Virus record (IMG/VR): IMGVR_UViG_3300032053_000058
Span: 4,476-68,475 of that record
DNA: 64,000 nt
Reading direction: 5' to 3' (one strand)
From: a virus
Under the pieces are notes generated by a model. That model did not search any database. It was given only the letters and a program-made list of their open reading frames with translations, and had not been told where the DNA came from. A program made the translations under genes and the position numbers. Each line of letters starts with the position of its first letter. Positions within the stretch are counted from its first letter, which is position 1. This document shows positions 40,611-50,082 of this stretch, in pieces.

Positions 40611-41189
40611 ATGAACGAACAAACTGTCCCGTGTGAAACCTGCGGCAAATCAACACCTTACCTGGGCACGAAGCGTTGCAACAACTGTTGGGAAGTCGAA
40701 GGTCGATTTGCTACCTACATGAAGTCACCCAAGGCATGGGAGTTCGTGCGTCAATTCATCCCACACTTGGACGACTGGGTGAATGGGCACTGTGATGCTT
40801 GGGACTACGAAGCCGTTCTCTCTAAGAACGAAATTAGCGTTGCATGGTGCCACGAACTGACCAGCGACGGTGTGACCTTCACCGAGGCCCCGCCCGATCT
40901 GTGCGGTTGGGGCTTCTACTGGAAGTACGGGGCCATTCATATCGGCCAGTGTAATGAAACAATCGCCCGCAAAGGGGCGGCCCTGTTCGTGAGCCTGTGG
41001 CTGCGGGGCGTATCTGCCTCGTTCTGCGATAAGCTGATGGACGGGTACATTTGCTTCCTTGAACGGCAAGAAAATACGTCAATAACATTCTCGGATGACG
41101 AATATCGAACCGAGCAACAAATCATCAATTTCTTGGCCCCGAAACCGGACGAAGAAATCATCGTCACCTTCACGAAAAGGAAACGCTAA
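40611..41189 (+). CDS. Hypothetical protein; N-terminal Zn finger plus domain shared with 44150..44596
   Basis: CETCG...RCNNCWEVE; C-terminal similarity to its paralog by eye. Confidence 0.6.
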   Translation: MNEQTVPCETCGKSTPYLGTKRCNNCWEVEGRFATYMKSPKAWEFVRQFIPHLDDWVNGHCDAWDYEAVLSKNEISVAWCHELTSDGVTFTEAPPDLCGWGFYWKYGAIHIGQCNETIARKGAALFVSLWLRGVSASFCDKLMDGYICFLERQENTSITFSDDEYRTEQQIINFLAPKPDEEIIVTFTKRKR

Positions 41190-41715
41190 TGGGTGAGTAT
41201 TACCACTCCCATATCCTTCGTCTGCAACAAGAAGCCCGACAACGGTTTGATCGACTCATGGCTACTCTGACGCCGCACGCCGCTGTTCACCACCCTCACA
41301 ATGACAAGGAAATTGTCAACATCAACGGTTGCGGTGTGCGATTCGCCGTGGATGATTTCAAGACCGTCTTGCTTGAGATTCGGAGACTCAAATGATCTTC
41401 AAGCGGTGGCAACGCCGAAAGTTGCATGGTGCCTTAGTAGTCGTGCGTCAATTAAAAGCCCTCGGTCTACCGCTTCTTGCCAATATAATGCGTGAAACCC
41501 TCCGAGGAAACCTTAGCCCTATGAGACAACTCCATGACACTCTTCGCCTGTGAATACTGCGGCGGAACCCTTGAACCGGCCATCATAGCCGGAGTCGCTA
41601 TCGTTTGGGGTTGGGGTGCTTACATGCTGGCCCGCATGTTTGGTTGGTTACGACCCGTAAAGCCCGAGTGTCAATCGCGTCCGAAACAGAAACCCTGGTA
41701 TCGACGGTGGTGGTA

Positions 41716-42165
41716 ATGTTCTGGTGCTATCTTCGCTATTTACTTCGACACAAATGGTACGTGTTCATTGAGTGCTGCAAACTCGGTATCCCGTGGCGAG
41801 GGATTATTCACGACCTGAGCAAATTCCTCCCGAGTGAGTGGCGGCCATACATGCTGACTTATTATGGACCGTGGAAGTATGAACAACGCCCGGATTGGTT
41901 GGTTGCCATCTACAAGATGGCGTGGCTCAAACATCAACATCGGAATCCGCACCACTGGCAGTATTTCGTCTTGATTAACGATACTGACAAACACCACGAC
42001 GGCCCATTGCCGATGCCAGACAAATACCGTCGTGAGATGTTGGCTGATTGGCGTGGGGCCGGTAAGACACTAGGCAAACCAAATACAAAAGCCTGGTACA
42101 AGCAACACGCTGAAAACATCGAATTGCACCCGGAAACCCGAATCTGGCTTGAGGCCAACTTATGA
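41716..42165 (+). CDS. HD-like domain protein (DUF5662-like)
   Basis: HKW.V, G..HDLSKF, AW..H..RN.HHWQY, MP..Y..EM.ADW.GAG. Confidence 0.78.
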   Translation: MFWCYLRYLLRHKWYVFIECCKLGIPWRGIIHDLSKFLPSEWRPYMLTYYGPWKYEQRPDWLVAIYKMAWLKHQHRNPHHWQYFVLINDTDKHHDGPLPMPDKYRREMLADWRGAGKTLGKPNTKAWYKQHAENIELHPETRIWLEANL

Positions 42166-42314
42166 GTCGCACTGTCAAGGGAAAGAAGGGTCCAGAGTAC
42201 GAATACTGGTCGCGCCGACCCTCGAAGATGAAGTTCCCGCCACCCGGCAAAGAAACGAAAACCATCACTCACCGCCAAGAGCGGCGCATTGCCAAACGAG
42301 ACCTAAATGCCTGA
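42162..42314 (+). CDS. Small basic phage protein (50 aa, below ORF-track cutoff)
   Basis: MSRTVKGKKGPEYEYWSRRP...; ATGA-coupled upstream, overlaps the next start. Confidence 0.6.
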   Translation: MSRTVKGKKGPEYEYWSRRPSKMKFPPPGKETKTITHRQERRIAKRDLNA

Positions 42315-42525
42315 CATCTATCGACAACTTGCCGCCGATGCTTTTGAGAAACCGACTGCGGATGTAACATCCGCTGAACGCGAGTTTGGTAAAGCCCTTG
42401 CATACCGCCGTCTATACGGAGCAACCCAAGAAAACATGGTACAACGTCTTGGCATATCCACTGCGGATGCTGCCCGTTGCACCGAAGCCTTTACAAAGAG
42501 ATTTCCGAATCTATGCAAATCCTAA
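42307..42525 (+). CDS. Stand-alone DNA polymerase A fingers (motif B/O-helix) mini-protein
   Basis: DIYRQLAADAFEKP..DVTSAER..GK...Y...YG.....V..LGIS..DA......F...FP.L parallels E. coli Pol I DIHRATAAEVFGLP..VTSEQRRSAKAINFGLIYG...LNIP..EA......YF..YPGV. Confidence 0.8.
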   Translation: MPDIYRQLAADAFEKPTADVTSAEREFGKALAYRRLYGATQENMVQRLGISTADAARCTEAFTKRFPNLCKS

Positions 42526-42896
42526 CCTACCCCCATCCGTTTCTTTCCCGCGTCTGTCACCACAGTTTCACCGTCAGTTTGGACGACATCAATCAAATGT
42601 TTTTCCTAATCCGGGAACGGAACGCTCTCGGATTGGCGGCTCCACAAGTCGGCATTGACGCACGATTCTTTGTGACGGCTTGGGGCGATGTTTTCGTCGA
42701 TCCAAGAATCGTGAATGGTGCTCACCCTGTCAGAATCATGGAGCAGTGTTTGAGTCTGCCGGGTGAAACCTACGAAGTAAGACGCTTAGGTAAGATCAAG
42801 TTGGCGACCGGACAAATCTTTAAGGGCATCCATGCCATCGTCATCCAGCATGAAATCAATCATCTGAATGGCATCCTGATTTCTGACCCACAATGA
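42513..42896 (+). CDS. def: Peptide deformylase (short phage type)
   Basis: YP.P.L, GLAAPQVG, EQCLSLPG, QHEINHLNGIL. Confidence 0.92.
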   Translation: MQILTYPHPFLSRVCHHSFTVSLDDINQMFFLIRERNALGLAAPQVGIDARFFVTAWGDVFVDPRIVNGAHPVRIMEQCLSLPGETYEVRRLGKIKLATGQIFKGIHAIVIQHEINHLNGILISDPQ

Positions 42897-43459
42897 AACG
42901 CATCCCCTTGACTCAAAATCAGTTTGCACTCGTTGACGATGATCTTTTCAAGATGTTGTCACAGTATTCATGGTACGCCTTAAAGCGGGAACAAACCTAC
43001 TATGCCGTACATGCTTACGGAACAAATCAAACGCGCCGCAGTGTAATTTATATGCACCAAATGGTTTATCAGTTACGCGGTAAACCCGTGTCAATTACCA
43101 TCGACCACTGGGATGGAAATGGATTGAATAATCAAACCTCTAATTTGCGCCCCGCAACACGCCGCCAGCAGCAATTCAATAAACGCAAACGACGGCGACC
43201 AGCAAGCAGTCGTTACATTGGCGTCAATTGGGACAAACAAACAGAACAGTGGCTTGTGCGCGTTTCAATCCAGGAACGAGCACGGAATCTTGGACGATAC
43301 GATGACGAATTTAGTGCAGCATGGGTGCGAGATTACTACGCTCGAAAATACTATGGCGTCTTCGTGCGAACTAATAACCTCATAGATCGCCGCAATCAAT
43401 CTCAATCCACGTCTGATGAACGACGAGGAACTTGGAAAGAAAGAATATTTCATGCCTAG
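42893..43459 (+). CDS. HNH endonuclease with AP2 domain
   Basis: MKRIPLTQ..FALVDD, YMHQ, IDH.DGNGLNNQ..NLR.AT, SSRY.GV.W.K, LG.Y.DE..AA. Confidence 0.9.
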   Translation: MKRIPLTQNQFALVDDDLFKMLSQYSWYALKREQTYYAVHAYGTNQTRRSVIYMHQMVYQLRGKPVSITIDHWDGNGLNNQTSNLRPATRRQQQFNKRKRRRPASSRYIGVNWDKQTEQWLVRVSIQERARNLGRYDDEFSAAWVRDYYARKYYGVFVRTNNLIDRRNQSQSTSDERRGTWKERIFHA

Positions 43460-43916
43460 CGTACTACAATCATGGACTGAACAACTTGGTTTACGCCACC
43501 AGGGCGTGTTGATGGCCTGCGTGCGCGGGTGCGATTGCGTGCCCAAGGAAGACGCCACAAAGGCTCTGGCTCGTTGCTTGCGCGGCGCGATCCTCCGTTC
43601 CTTCGATCCTAAACCCACGTCATTCATTGAAACCGTGGATGACGTAACGTTGCGCGAACGGATGGTGGCCGTTCTCAAGAATCACGACCACTATCCGATT
43701 CACTATATCATGCACTTGATGCACGGAAGCGAGATCATCGGGTACAAGTGTCCGGCACCGGAGGCCGTCTTCTGGCGCTGGTTCTATGAGAAGCTGGCGC
43801 AGTGCTTTCACCTGAACGTCGAAACCGAAGAGCAACTGGATGCCCGGCTGGGCGCTTGCGAAGCAAGATTCGCCGCCCATGCTGCCGCAACCTATGAGAC
43901 TCATAATGAAACATGA
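43452..43916 (+). CDS. Hypothetical phage protein
   Basis: SVLQ.W...L..R.Q.VL...VRG.D...D.YP.HY..HLMH..EI.GYK. Confidence 0.65.
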   Translation: MPSVLQSWTEQLGLRHQGVLMACVRGCDCVPKEDATKALARCLRGAILRSFDPKPTSFIETVDDVTLRERMVAVLKNHDHYPIHYIMHLMHGSEIIGYKCPAPEAVFWRWFYEKLAQCFHLNVETEEQLDARLGACEARFAAHAAATYETHNET

Positions 43917-44116
43917 CTTCAAGCCGGGTAGTTTCGGTTTTCACGAAATGGTGGACCGATCCTGCATGATCGCTGAATTATTCAGCCGCGAGATCGCTGA
44001 ACATCCTGCCGCAAAACATCCGAAGTTGCGAAAGCGCATCAAGCGCTTGGAAAAGGGATTATTCGCATTGTACCAACAGGCTGCCACCCTGCATCTGTGA
44101 TTTCTGTCCGATTACC

Positions 44117-44144
44117 TTGACTTTAGCCCATTGTGTTGTAGGAT
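44117..44144 (+). promoter_or_regulatory. Repeated early-type promoter (divergent spacer), leaderless (ATG 44150)
   Basis: TTGACT-16-TAGGAT-TGAAT-ATG. Confidence 0.72.
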
Positions 44145-44149
44145 TGAAT

Positions 44150-44596
44150 ATGGACACAGCACTTGAAGTTCTCCGTCAACTATCCCAAGTCCATAACTTG
44201 GGTGACTGCGTTTACGACATCCGTGAACGTGAATGTCTGGGATGGGAAGGCCCGAAGGTCGTGGCATGGGGCAAGGCTTGCGAACGCGCCCAACAATTGC
44301 TCGACCACACAGATGAAGATTACTTCGACTGCGAACGTGTCCTACGAGAAAGTGGCGCAAGTATTACTTACTCAATGACATTCCAGGATGGGATGGGGCG
44401 TATCTTCAACGATCCGTTCCCCGGCTACGTCCTTACCTGGAATAACGAAACTGTTTCATTTGGCGGCCTGGATGAACACCGCGCACGCCATGCCGGAGGC
44501 GTCTATGTCTACTTGCGGCGGTCGGGCATCTCTTCTACGCTTGCCAACAAGTTGGCTATGTCCTACGCTTTCCTTTTACCCGAGGATGATCTGTGA
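44150..44596 (+). CDS. Hypothetical protein, paralogous domain with 40611..41189
   Basis: Leaderless start; shared C-terminal pattern. Confidence 0.6.
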   Translation: MDTALEVLRQLSQVHNLGDCVYDIRERECLGWEGPKVVAWGKACERAQQLLDHTDEDYFDCERVLRESGASITYSMTFQDGMGRIFNDPFPGYVLTWNNETVSFGGLDEHRARHAGGVYVYLRRSGISSTLANKLAMSYAFLLPEDDL

Positions 44597-44744
44597 AAGA
44601 CCTGCTTCTGTTTGTCGTCGCCTTGGGCGGCCTTGTTCTTACCTTGGCAATCGGTGCCCAACTGCCGACCGTTTGTGAAATCCCAACTGGGATCGTCGGC
44701 GGTTTAGGAACCCTTGCCGCTCTCAACCTCAGCGGAGCACTCTA

Positions 44745-45236
44745 ATGACCCGTGTTCACTTCGTCAAGAAAGCGCAGAAAGACAACTCCGTCGTCAAGAA
44801 GGGTGAGTCCTACTGGTGGTGGAAATTTCGTTGGGGCGGCAAACACTTCTCCAAAACGTGTCCCCGCTCGTCGCAGTTGACACAAAGCGACTACCTCTCT
44901 TCGGCCTACGCCCTGCAAGAACAGATCGAAGACATGAACATCAACCCTGATGACTTGCAGGCCGCCGCCGACGAGTTGCGGAGCGTGGCCGACGAAGTAC
45001 GCAACCTGGGTCAAGAGCAAGAAGACAAGATCGGGAATATGCCCGACTCACTCCAAGACAGCGACACCGCTCAAATGCTCCAAGGTCGGGCCGAGGCGTG
45101 TGAGGAAGTCGCCGGAGAGTTGGAGAGTGCTGCCGACGACATCGAAAACCTGGACCCGGCCGATGAAGACGAGCCGGAACCAGAAGTCAGCCAAGTGGAA
45201 GACATCATCAGTGGCATCGGATGGAACTACGAATGA
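44745..45236 (+). CDS. Hypothetical protein with basic N-terminus and highly acidic helical C-terminus
   Basis: KKGESYWWWKFR; D/E-rich second half; RBS GGAG. Confidence 0.7.
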   Translation: MTRVHFVKKAQKDNSVVKKGESYWWWKFRWGGKHFSKTCPRSSQLTQSDYLSSAYALQEQIEDMNINPDDLQAAADELRSVADEVRNLGQEQEDKIGNMPDSLQDSDTAQMLQGRAEACEEVAGELESAADDIENLDPADEDEPEPEVSQVEDIISGIGWNYE

Positions 45237-45748
45237 AGTACCGCTTCCACCGCTGCCAACCTCACGCCAAGTGCCCTGATCTAACCGGTTGGTACTTGGA
45301 AATCAAGCCCGACGACCATGAGACTTTGTTCAAGGTTCACAAAGGCGTGACGGGAATCTACTACAACAAGTTCTCTCTTGACCCGCATATCCAGGACGAT
45401 GAACTAAACAGTTACCTCTATAACCCGATCCGATTGGCCGCCCTCTGGTTGCAAGGTATCCACAAGTTTCTATTGAACGGTGAGACGGTTCTGGTCAACT
45501 GCAATGGCGGCATCGTACCGCTGGTTGGTACAACCGTCTTAGAGACAGTTGAATCCGACGATCTGGATTGGGACGTGCGATACGATGACGAGACGATAAC
45601 AATTAGTAGGTGGCCCGAGGGCAAATACTACTATCTGTGCAGCAACAAGTTCCGTATCTTCATTCCCGACAAGTACACCACGTACACGGCCGCCTACAGA
45701 GTAGCCCAGCGCTACGTACCTGCTAAAAGAATCAAAAGCACATGCTAG
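45233..45748 (+). CDS. Hypothetical protein
   Basis: ATGA-coupled 171-aa ORF. Confidence 0.55.
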   Translation: MKYRFHRCQPHAKCPDLTGWYLEIKPDDHETLFKVHKGVTGIYYNKFSLDPHIQDDELNSYLYNPIRLAALWLQGIHKFLLNGETVLVNCNGGIVPLVGTTVLETVESDDLDWDVRYDDETITISRWPEGKYYYLCSNKFRIFIPDKYTTYTAAYRVAQRYVPAKRIKSTC

Positions 45749-46455
45749 ACAAGTTCGAGCAAGCCGCACGCGACGGTGACTTCACCAACACTGTTGCTGA
45801 GGCCCGTGACATGCTGCGGCCGATCCTCACCGGCCAGATCGAACGTGAGCACGGCGTTGGTTTGGAGCGAGAGTGTTACGGCAAGTCGCCCGGCTTCCGC
45901 AAGACGAAGCTGGCCGACGCCGTGAAGATCGCCAAGACAATCGAAATCGTCTTGAACAAAGCAATCAACAAATTTCTGGACGAATCAAATGATTGAAGTC
46001 TTCCTGCGCGTAGTGCATTATGACCGTATGTTCACAGCCGGTGGTGGGCACTACTATGGATTCCTGCAACAGGGCCGGGATGAAATCCAGATCACTCACA
46101 AGTTGACGCAGGCCGAGGCCGATCAACTGAACGAAGAAGAGTTCGGTCGTTATGATGGGCCGAAGGAAGACTTGGAAGCCTGGCAGTGCCTCTACAAAGA
46201 AGGCGGCAACTGCGGGCGCTTTGACGATGAAGTCCAACTGATCCATGCTGCAATCAAATGTTGTCTACCCAACATTCTCTTGATTCTGGGCGACCGTATT
46301 GTATTAAATCCGCAACTGATTTTGAGTGGGCCACCTAAAATCGTTGACAAACTGAATGACATCGTAAGCCGGTATGAAATAGCCGATGCGGCCGACGACA
46401 AACAAGCAATACGATCACTATGCCGCGAGTGGCGACAAATCAAAGGAACACTCTG

Positions 46456-47043
46456 ATGCTTGAAACCATCCTCTTTCTCAAACCGTGGCGTTGCTTCAAG
46501 GAAGAAGTAATCGAGTTTCATCCAGGCGTCAACCTGATCGTTGGCGACCAAGGGACAGGCAAAAGTAGTTTGTTCCAAGCCATCCAAGTTCACGGAATGA
46601 AGAAACCACGCAGTTGGAATTTGTCACCAAAAGATTCGATCCCAGCAGCCATCGTTGCGAAAAGCATCCCAATCTTTGCCTTCGACTTCGAGGGCGACAA
46701 CTACCGAACCAAGTCCTGGTTTGACGCCGACATTGCCTTTCACATCGGGTCCATGCACAGAAGCCACGGGCAGATGGTCATGGCAATGATCGACGCCTGG
46801 CTGCGGATCGACAAACCTTTCCTCGTACTGGTTGACGAACCCGACATGGCCCTAAGCATCCGATCCTGCCACAAGTTGGTGCGTGCCTTCCAGCATGTCG
46901 CCGATGTCGGCGGGCAGGTGGTGGCAACAGCCCACAGTCCCATCGTTATCGCCGGATTTCCCGAGGTCTATTCCTTGGAACATCGCCGATGGATGCCAAG
47001 CCACGAGTTCATTGAAAGCCAGGGGTCAAACGGAGGGGTCTAA
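46456..47043 (+). CDS. ABC/AAA-type ATPase
   Basis: Walker A GDQGTGKS, signature-like SHGQ, Walker B LVLVDEPD.ALS, HSP. Confidence 0.88.
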   Translation: MLETILFLKPWRCFKEEVIEFHPGVNLIVGDQGTGKSSLFQAIQVHGMKKPRSWNLSPKDSIPAAIVAKSIPIFAFDFEGDNYRTKSWFDADIAFHIGSMHRSHGQMVMAMIDAWLRIDKPFLVLVDEPDMALSIRSCHKLVRAFQHVADVGGQVVATAHSPIVIAGFPEVYSLEHRRWMPSHEFIESQGSNGGV

Positions 47044-47449
47044 TCAATGGGGGATCAAATGAAGTCAAATCCAGAAAGCGCTCAAGCCGGAGCGCTTGAA
47101 CCTGGCGCGCTTCAGACCTATGACGAAGCATGGAATGACATCTTTTGCGCGTTTATACGCCTCCTTGGCGACATGGCCTTCACACTCAAAGAACCGCGAA
47201 CCATGACCCTCGACCTGCCCCGCCTCCGGTCTCTGCCGGGTTGGAACCGCTAACTATCGATCTAAGCCAAAAGCAAAGTGAAAATATACTCAAAATCTGT
47301 ACAATCATATTCAAATATGATACAGGAAAGGGCGGGTGAACCACGGCCACAATGTACCAACAAACCGCACAATACCAAACCGTTTGGTACTGTGCATCTC
47401 GCAGGCCGCAGGTTGACAATCCAATCATCTACCTTTGAGCCGCCTTTAT

Positions 47450-47608
47450 CCTGGCCGCCCTGGCCGCCCCTGCCGCCCCCAGTGCCGCCCCTGGCCGCCC
47501 CTGCCGCCCTGGCCGCCCCTGCCGCCTTTTCACCGTTGCCCCTGCCTCCACCGCCGCCCTGCCGCCCCTGCCGCCCTGGCCGTTGCCCTGGCCGTTGCCG
47601 CTGCCACC
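47450..47608 (+). repeat. C-rich degenerate tandem repeat (GCCGCCCCTG-like)
   Basis: Visible tandem 9-11 nt units. Confidence 0.9.
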
Positions 47609-47822
47609 GATGCCTCTACTGCCTGCCACTGACGCCTGACGGTTTGCCGTCTGCCAGCAAATGCGAATTGGCACACCAGAAACCAACTGGCGCGCCGATT
47701 GGGTTTTTCAATCCAAATTCCTGTAGCCAGTTTTCCTAACGGTTAAGCACATGGTTAAGGAAAGCGCCCATCAGCCGTCACGACCGACAAAAGTCAGAAA
47801 GTTATTGCAACCGATTATGCTA

Positions 47823-47879
47823 GTTGTCGGGGTCGGCGACCGGCCCGACAATCGGAGTCGGCGGCCCGACCCCGACAAC
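47823..47879. repeat. 14-bp perfect inverted repeat GTTGTCGGGGTCGG
   Basis: Arms 47823-47836 and 47866-47879. Confidence 0.9.
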
Positions 47880-47882
47880 CGG

Positions 47883-48167
47883 TTATCGTGTGTACTCTGG
47901 TCCATGTGCGCAACCCGTCCAATCAATCACTCCGCTGGCATCCGCATAGATGCACATGGCGTCGAGCGGGGCCGGAGCCGGGGCCGGGGCCGGGGCCGGA
48001 GCCGGGGCCGGGGCCGGGGCCGGGGCCGGGGCCGGGGCCGGGGCCGGGGCCGGGATGGGCGTGTAAACTGCCCAACAATAGGCGACCACGGCCGCCACAC
48101 CGACCATAGCCGGAGTCGGGCCACAAAGAATCAACAGGACCGCGAACAGAAACAAGAGATTCAACAT
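47883..48167 (-). CDS. Small membrane protein with (PA)n linker
   Basis: GGAGG RBS, start overlapping the upstream stop, hydrophobic N-terminus; linker encoded by the hexamer repeat. Confidence 0.5.
   Translation of the reverse strand: MLNLLFLFAVLLILCGPTPAMVGVAAVVAYCWAVYTPIPAPAPAPAPAPAPAPAPAPAPAPAPAPAPLDAMCIYADASGVIDWTGCAHGPEYTR
47967..48054 (+). repeat. (CGGGGC/GGGGCC)n hexamer array, about 14 units
   Basis: Directly visible; two units are CGGAGC. Confidence 0.95.
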
Positions 48168-48412
48168 ACCGCCTCCGAGGTAGAAGGTACTTCGTATGGG
48201 TGGTAGCGACCGTCACCGCCACATCGCGGGCATCGGGTCATAGCCGCATAATCCCACATCGGGACTGTAATCAATTCGTTGCCTCCACATAACCGGCAAA
48301 CATTGTTCTCACGGAAGAAGTCGTCAAGCCCGCAAGGTTGACCCAAGCAGTTAGCCGTGGCCCGCCAGACTCGTATAGCGTCACGTCCCTGCGTAAGCGG
48401 AATCAGTTTCAT
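48161..48412 (-). CDS. Chimeric small protein: HNH-AP2-type N-terminus fused to a Zn-finger segment
   Basis: [13 protein letters not shown] vs MKRIPLTQNQFAL (42893), then CRLCGG...CPRCGGDG. Confidence 0.5.
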   Translation of the reverse strand: MKLIPLTQGRDAIRVWRATANCLGQPCGLDDFFRENNVCRLCGGNELITVPMWDYAAMTRCPRCGGDGRYHPYEVPSTSEAVC

Positions 48413-48415
48413 AAC

Positions 48416-49048
48416 TCACCTAGTAGTGGTCGTACAGAGATCATCGACTGTGGTGGCCTTGACGACTTTATCGACATCCACGAACATATCGTTGCCGTCA
48501 GCACACCAATCCTCACCGATTCGAGCCGCAACCTTGTTGAAAATCTCATAGGCGTCATCATCGGAGACTTCGATGTCTCCAAACTTCTTGGACAAGCCGA
48601 CAAGATAGTCATGCTTCGCCCAACACTCCCAACCCTCCGAAGTCAACTCCAATTCATATTCGGACAGTTCCTCTTCGTCAATGACCGGATACTCGTTGAG
48701 GGCTTCCAGTGTATCCAGGATGGATTCCGCTGGTTCCCGGTTGTCAAGGAGCCAGCGTATCGACAGCGCCACGGCAAACGTGCCGTAGCCACCTGTAACA
48801 GCGTGTACGCCGGGGTGTTGCCCGTAGAGTTTCAAGAAGGCCCGATGATTGGCCCGTTCTACGGTCGTACCGGCATAGTCGCCGCCCGACAACAATTCGG
48901 GCACGATGTAATCGTCAGGCGTGGCGTCACCGGCCAAGTTGTGAAAATCGCCATAACTGGCAGATTCGCCAAGAGGCAAAGTTTCCTTCCGCCACGTCGA
49001 ATAGTTGACGAAGCAGCACACGGGAAGTCCCAAGATGCGGGTTAGCAT
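48416..49048 (-). CDS. Acidic hypothetical phage protein
   Basis: AGGAG RBS; DY.G..VERAN, L..YPVIDEE..SE.E. Confidence 0.65.
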   Translation of the reverse strand: MLTRILGLPVCCFVNYSTWRKETLPLGESASYGDFHNLAGDATPDDYIVPELLSGGDYAGTTVERANHRAFLKLYGQHPGVHAVTGGYGTFAVALSIRWLLDNREPAESILDTLEALNEYPVIDEEELSEYELELTSEGWECWAKHDYLVGLSKKFGDIEVSDDDAYEIFNKVAARIGEDWCADGNDMFVDVDKVVKATTVDDLCTTTTR

Positions 49049-49064
49049 GATTTCTCCTGTTGTA

Positions 49065-49619
49065 CTAGATTTCATTCGGGCCGCTCGTTTCCAGATTGTT
49101 CCACCCTACGCCGTGGTGACACCGATACCAAAGCGCCAAGTCGGCAGGGTCCGATAAATCGAAGTCAACCACGGCGCGCGGTTCCCCGTAACGGGTTTCG
49201 TCACGCGGAACCTTGCCGCCCCGGATTGCTTCTGCCAAGTGGTAGGCCGCGCTCTTGTCTCCCCGGTCGAATCGAATCCGGCCGGTTAGATGTAGGCCCC
49301 ACATGGCTGCGCCCGCAAGAGTGTCGGACTTTGCCAGCGCCTTGCGGTAGGCGCGGATGTAGCTTTCCGGTTTCGTCACGCGGCCGCGCAGTTTCGTCAT
49401 GCCGCCAGAACACCCGGCAGCGAAGCGGCAACACGAACCAATCACTTCCCATTCCGGGCCGATGCACGTTGCGCCCCAACTGCGCGCACGCCGCCCGCGC
49501 ATATCGCGGACGTTGTTATCCCCGCCTAATTCCAGGACGATGTACACATCTTCATAGTGGTCAATCACTTCTTTCGGGAAGTGAATCACCTCTATTCGGT
49601 CAACAATGTGAGTGCTCAT
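49065..49619 (-). CDS. Hypothetical protein
   Basis: 184-aa ORF coupled (TAATG) to the upstream gene. Confidence 0.6.
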   Translation of the reverse strand: MSTHIVDRIEVIHFPKEVIDHYEDVYIVLELGGDNNVRDMRGRRARSWGATCIGPEWEVIGSCCRFAAGCSGGMTKLRGRVTKPESYIRAYRKALAKSDTLAGAAMWGLHLTGRIRFDRGDKSAAYHLAEAIRGGKVPRDETRYGEPRAVVDFDLSDPADLALWYRCHHGVGWNNLETSGPNEI

Positions 49620-50068
49620 TAGGCCCTCACCACGCGGACAGATTGGAAGGGCGCGCCAGTCACGGCACCACCACCACTAGAATCACGCCGGGCGATTTCC
49701 AAGTGAATCGGAATCGTGCCCGTGCTTTTGCCGACCTGGAAACGTCGCCGCTGGCCGTAACAGTCAACGACTTCCACGCGCTTGCCCTCCAAGCCCGTAA
49801 GCTGGGGCGTCAATTCGACGGGGCAACGCCGATTGTGATGCAAACAGTAACTTACCACGCGCTGCAAGCGTGTCTTGTAGGCTTTGTAACCTCGAATGGT
49901 TCCCCGCGCTTCCGGTGGCAGATCGTCTTCTTGCAGACCTTGCCCACGAAGCCACTTCGCGTAGGCGTTAGCCAGCGCCAAAGTCACATCAAAGCCGAGA
50001 CAACTATGAAAGTTGCCGTCAGGAATAACGTAAAGCTGTTGCTTCACGTTCAAGATAACTTCACTCAT
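49619..50068 (-). CDS. Hypothetical phage protein
   Basis: AAGGA RBS; LTPQL.GLEGKRVEV.D..G..RRF.VGKSTG..P.HLE...R.S.GG. Confidence 0.7.
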   Translation of the reverse strand: MSEVILNVKQQLYVIPDGNFHSCLGFDVTLALANAYAKWLRGQGLQEDDLPPEARGTIRGYKAYKTRLQRVVSYCLHHNRRCPVELTPQLTGLEGKRVEVVDCYGQRRRFQVGKSTGTIPIHLEIARRDSSGGGAVTGAPFQSVRVVRA

Positions 50069-50082
50069 GGTATTCCTTTCAG

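Larger units (their letters stand above)
47022..48054. other. Convergence element A (composite repeat/regulatory element)
   Basis: Same ordered motifs as element B at 61597-62975; see findings. Confidence 0.7.

Noticed and set aside
47278-47739. Pro-rich ORFs over the C-rich array
   Set aside because: Same repeat artefact; the homologous element B does not conserve a frame.
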